Shown one piece after another: positions 61,530 to 64,000 of a stretch of 64,000 nucleotides of DNA. A model generated the notes under the pieces. It was not told the DNA's origin and did no database searches. It saw only the letters and a program-made list of their open reading frames with translations. How positions within the stretch are numbered: the stretch's first letter is position 1; every line of letters begins with the position of its first letter. Made by a program: the position numbers and the translations under genes. Origin of the DNA: the human T2T-CHM13v2.0 reference genome, Homo sapiens; assembly GCF_009914755.1 (NCBI RefSeq), contig NC_060939.1, one strand, 5' to 3'.

Positions 61530-61720
61530 GACTCCCAGACTAATATTTGATAGAGTAAGGAAGACAATGAAAGACTGACTTAACTTTGTCCCCTCTGTGG
61601 CCAATTTGCTCTGTAACTTGTGATAACTTCCCTATGCCTCAGTTTCTGTTTCTAAAATAAGGGTGAGAATAGTTCTTCCTTTAACTTCACAAGGATGACT
61701 CAGTTAAACTGGCTTAATAC
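61530..61720 (+). mobile_element. MIR fragment
   Basis: ctgtaacttgtgataacttccctatgcctcagtttctgtttctaaaataagg core. Confidence 0.55.
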
Positions 61721-61864
61721 CTACAGTTCTCTGACCTTCCTGATAGGAGATTTTGATGAAGTTCAGGGAAAGAGTTTAGCAAGAAAATAGGTAAGGTAGG
61801 AAAATAAATTAGTAGTCAGGGAAGTTTTTGTAATTGTATGAAGTTTTGTTGACTGTATTGGTGG

Positions 61865-62454
61865 TATAAAAAGTAAAGTAGAGGTTCCTTTTCAAAGAGA
61901 CTCTCCTCCCTGTCTAATTAGGAATAAATAGTACTTCTCTTAGAAGCAAAATTTATTCAAAGAGCTGTGCTAACATTCTTAAATATCTGCTAGCTCTAAT
62001 AAAGAAATCAATGTACTTTATGTTCTTAGCTCCCACAATTTAGCCTAAATATTTGCCCTGGCATGCTTATACTGGTCCAAGCGGGCATTAGGTTATAGCC
62101 TGTTCCTCTTCCTTATTTGGAGGTGTTTTTACCTTTCTCAGCATTCCACAAGTTACTTCCTCCTTCCTTTGTTCTCGTCTGCCTGTGCCTCTTTTAAAAA
62201 GTTCTAAGTTGCTAGCCAATTGGGACAAATACAGAATGTGAGGTCCCGTACTAGCCAATGGAAACCGGACATAGCAGTAGGGTGGACGCGTCAGGTTATA
62301 AATGACTCTGTCTCCTTTGTTTGGTGTACTCTTGTGGTAAAACTGCTGGCGAGTGTACCCTTTCTGCAGAAAGTAAAAATGGCCTTGCTGAGGAAATTAA
62401 ATTTATGTTCAAGTGCTATTTCTTTATGGCACCGGGGAACAAGCATTTCTAACA
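61865..62454 (+). mobile_element. ERV1 solo LTR (LTR10C-like)
   Basis: 590 bp ending TTTCTAACA; 4-bp TSD GTGG; CCAAT at 62216 and 62255, TATAAA at 62297, ATTAAA at 62396. Confidence 0.8.
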
Positions 62455-62649
62455 GTGGTCATGGGAAGAGTAAGGAGCCAAATCATATTGTGTGGAGAAG
62501 AAAGTGATTCAAAGAGAAAAGGTTAATAAATGAGACTGGTTAAAGCATGCACTGCAGTATTGGAGACACAAAGATTTGGAGGTTATTACTGCAAAATATG
62601 ACTTTAAAGTTTTATGTTAGAATTTTCATGAGAGTAAAAGATGTCTTTT

Positions 62650-62880
62650 TAAAAAAATTACTGTTAAGCACCTAGATGTTTTATGCACATCAACTCTAAC
62701 TTTGTGGTAGTCTTGTAAATAAGTTTTACTACTATTTCAATTTTGCAGAGGAAAATATGAGGCTCAGAGAATTTATATAATGTCACCAAAGACAAATCAC
62801 ATGTAACTGGAGTTGTCTGGATTCCAGCTCACATATTTTTGATCCAAAATGGATACTTTTCTATTCAGCCATGCTGCTAC
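62650..62880 (-). mobile_element. MIR
   Basis: aattttgcagaggaaaatatgaggctcagaga core. Confidence 0.6.
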
Positions 62881-63249
62881 CTATGGTATAATGTAATTAT
62901 ACCATATTGTCTGATATAATCAGTATCATAGACATCGGAAAACCCTGGAGATGAGGTCCAGCCCTAACATTCTGTGATCCTTCTGATGTCCTAAAAGACA
63001 GGGAAGTAAATTATACATTTTCATGTATATAATTAATGTGAATTGGATTTTTTAAATAAGTTGACAGATTTTATACTCTTTGTCAAAGTTATAATGATAT
63101 TTTTTTGAAATCCTACTATATCCAAAGCAAACGGTTGGATTCTCAGGATATAGGAAAACTTAGATACAGTCTTTGGGCCTTAGAAGTTTATAATTTCAGT
63201 AGGGAGATTAGATTAACATAAAAATGGAAATGTCATGCAAAAGTAGCAT

Positions 63250-63640
63250 ATACAAATTCTTCCAAAGAATACGAAAACAAAGAACACTTCCCAACTTGTA
63301 TTATGAGGCCAGTAAAACCTTTCTGCCAAACCAAATGTGATAGCTTGATACCAAACCTGACAAGGACATCACAAGAAAAGAGAATTACAGGTCAATCTCT
63401 CTCATGACATTGGATACAAAAAATTCTGAACAAAATGTTCACAAATTTAATCTGGTAATATTATAGGCTAATACATTGTGGCCAAGATGAGTTTATTCTA
63501 AGAATTTAAGGTTGGTTTATCATTTAAAAATCAGTGTTATTTACCATATTAACAGTAAAACATGTCATCTTGATATATAAAGGAAAGAGTTTGATAAGAT
63601 TTATCATGCATTCATGATAAAAACTCTTAGCAAATTAGTA
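63250..63640 (+). mobile_element. Old L1 ORF2 fragment
   Basis: cttcccaacttgtattatgaggccag...ataccaaacctgacaaggacatcacaagaaaagagaattacagg. Confidence 0.75.
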
Positions 63641-63739
63641 GAATTCAGTATAATGACTGCCTTTGGGAATTAGGGAAGAGAAATGATTAGGTAGAGACAT
63701 GAAGAGACCTTCTAGAGTGCTGGCAGAGGTTCATTACTT

Positions 63740-63952
63740 TTTCTTTTATTGTGGCAAGACCACTTAACATGAGATCTACCCTCTTAACAAAATTTTAAAT
63801 GTATAATACATTATCATTGACTATAGGTGCAATGTTGTAGAGCAGATCTCTAGAGCTTGTCCAGCTTGTTTGACTGAAGCTTTATGCCAGTTGATTAGTA
63901 ACTCCCCATCCACCTCACCCTGCACCAGCAACCATCATTCCACTCTGATTCT
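63740..63952 (-). mobile_element. L1MB-like 3' terminus
   Basis: cacttaacatgagatctaccctcttaacaaaatttt...gcagatctctagagc. Confidence 0.7.
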
Positions 63953-64000
63953 AAGTGCTTCATTTCTTAACCTTGATGGTGGTTACGAGGATGTTTCCTT

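Overview
Primate (very probably human) genomic DNA from inside the GALK2 gene (N-acetylgalactosamine kinase / galactokinase 2, GHMP kinase family), transcribed on the + strand. Four consecutive internal coding exons are present (13362-13450, 29393-29516, 48097-48187, 51467-51613; 451 nt). All have AG/GT boundaries and splice into one open frame containing the galactokinase GRVNIIGEHIDY motif and the GHMP ATP-binding loop [12 protein letters not shown]. The rest is intron dominated by transposon fossils: nested antisense L1s, over 20 Alu/FLAM elements, a full-length 7SL retropseudogene, a complete two-LTR MSTA MaLR element, solo LTRs, DNA-transposon MITEs, HAL1, L2 and MIR. I see no new multi-gene system, CRISPR array or intact transposon ORF; most ORFs in the track are repeat-derived noise. 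The best leads are an unexplained island in intron 1 with a frame-preserving two-exon-like module, a candidate in-frame 45-nt cassette exon before exon 4, a 5'-inverted (twin-primed) mini-Alu, and two independent Alus inserted at the same homologous nucleotide in two different L1 copies. Gene identity and repeat subfamily names come from memory of known sequences, not from a search. Boundaries lacking a target-site duplication (TSD) are approximate.
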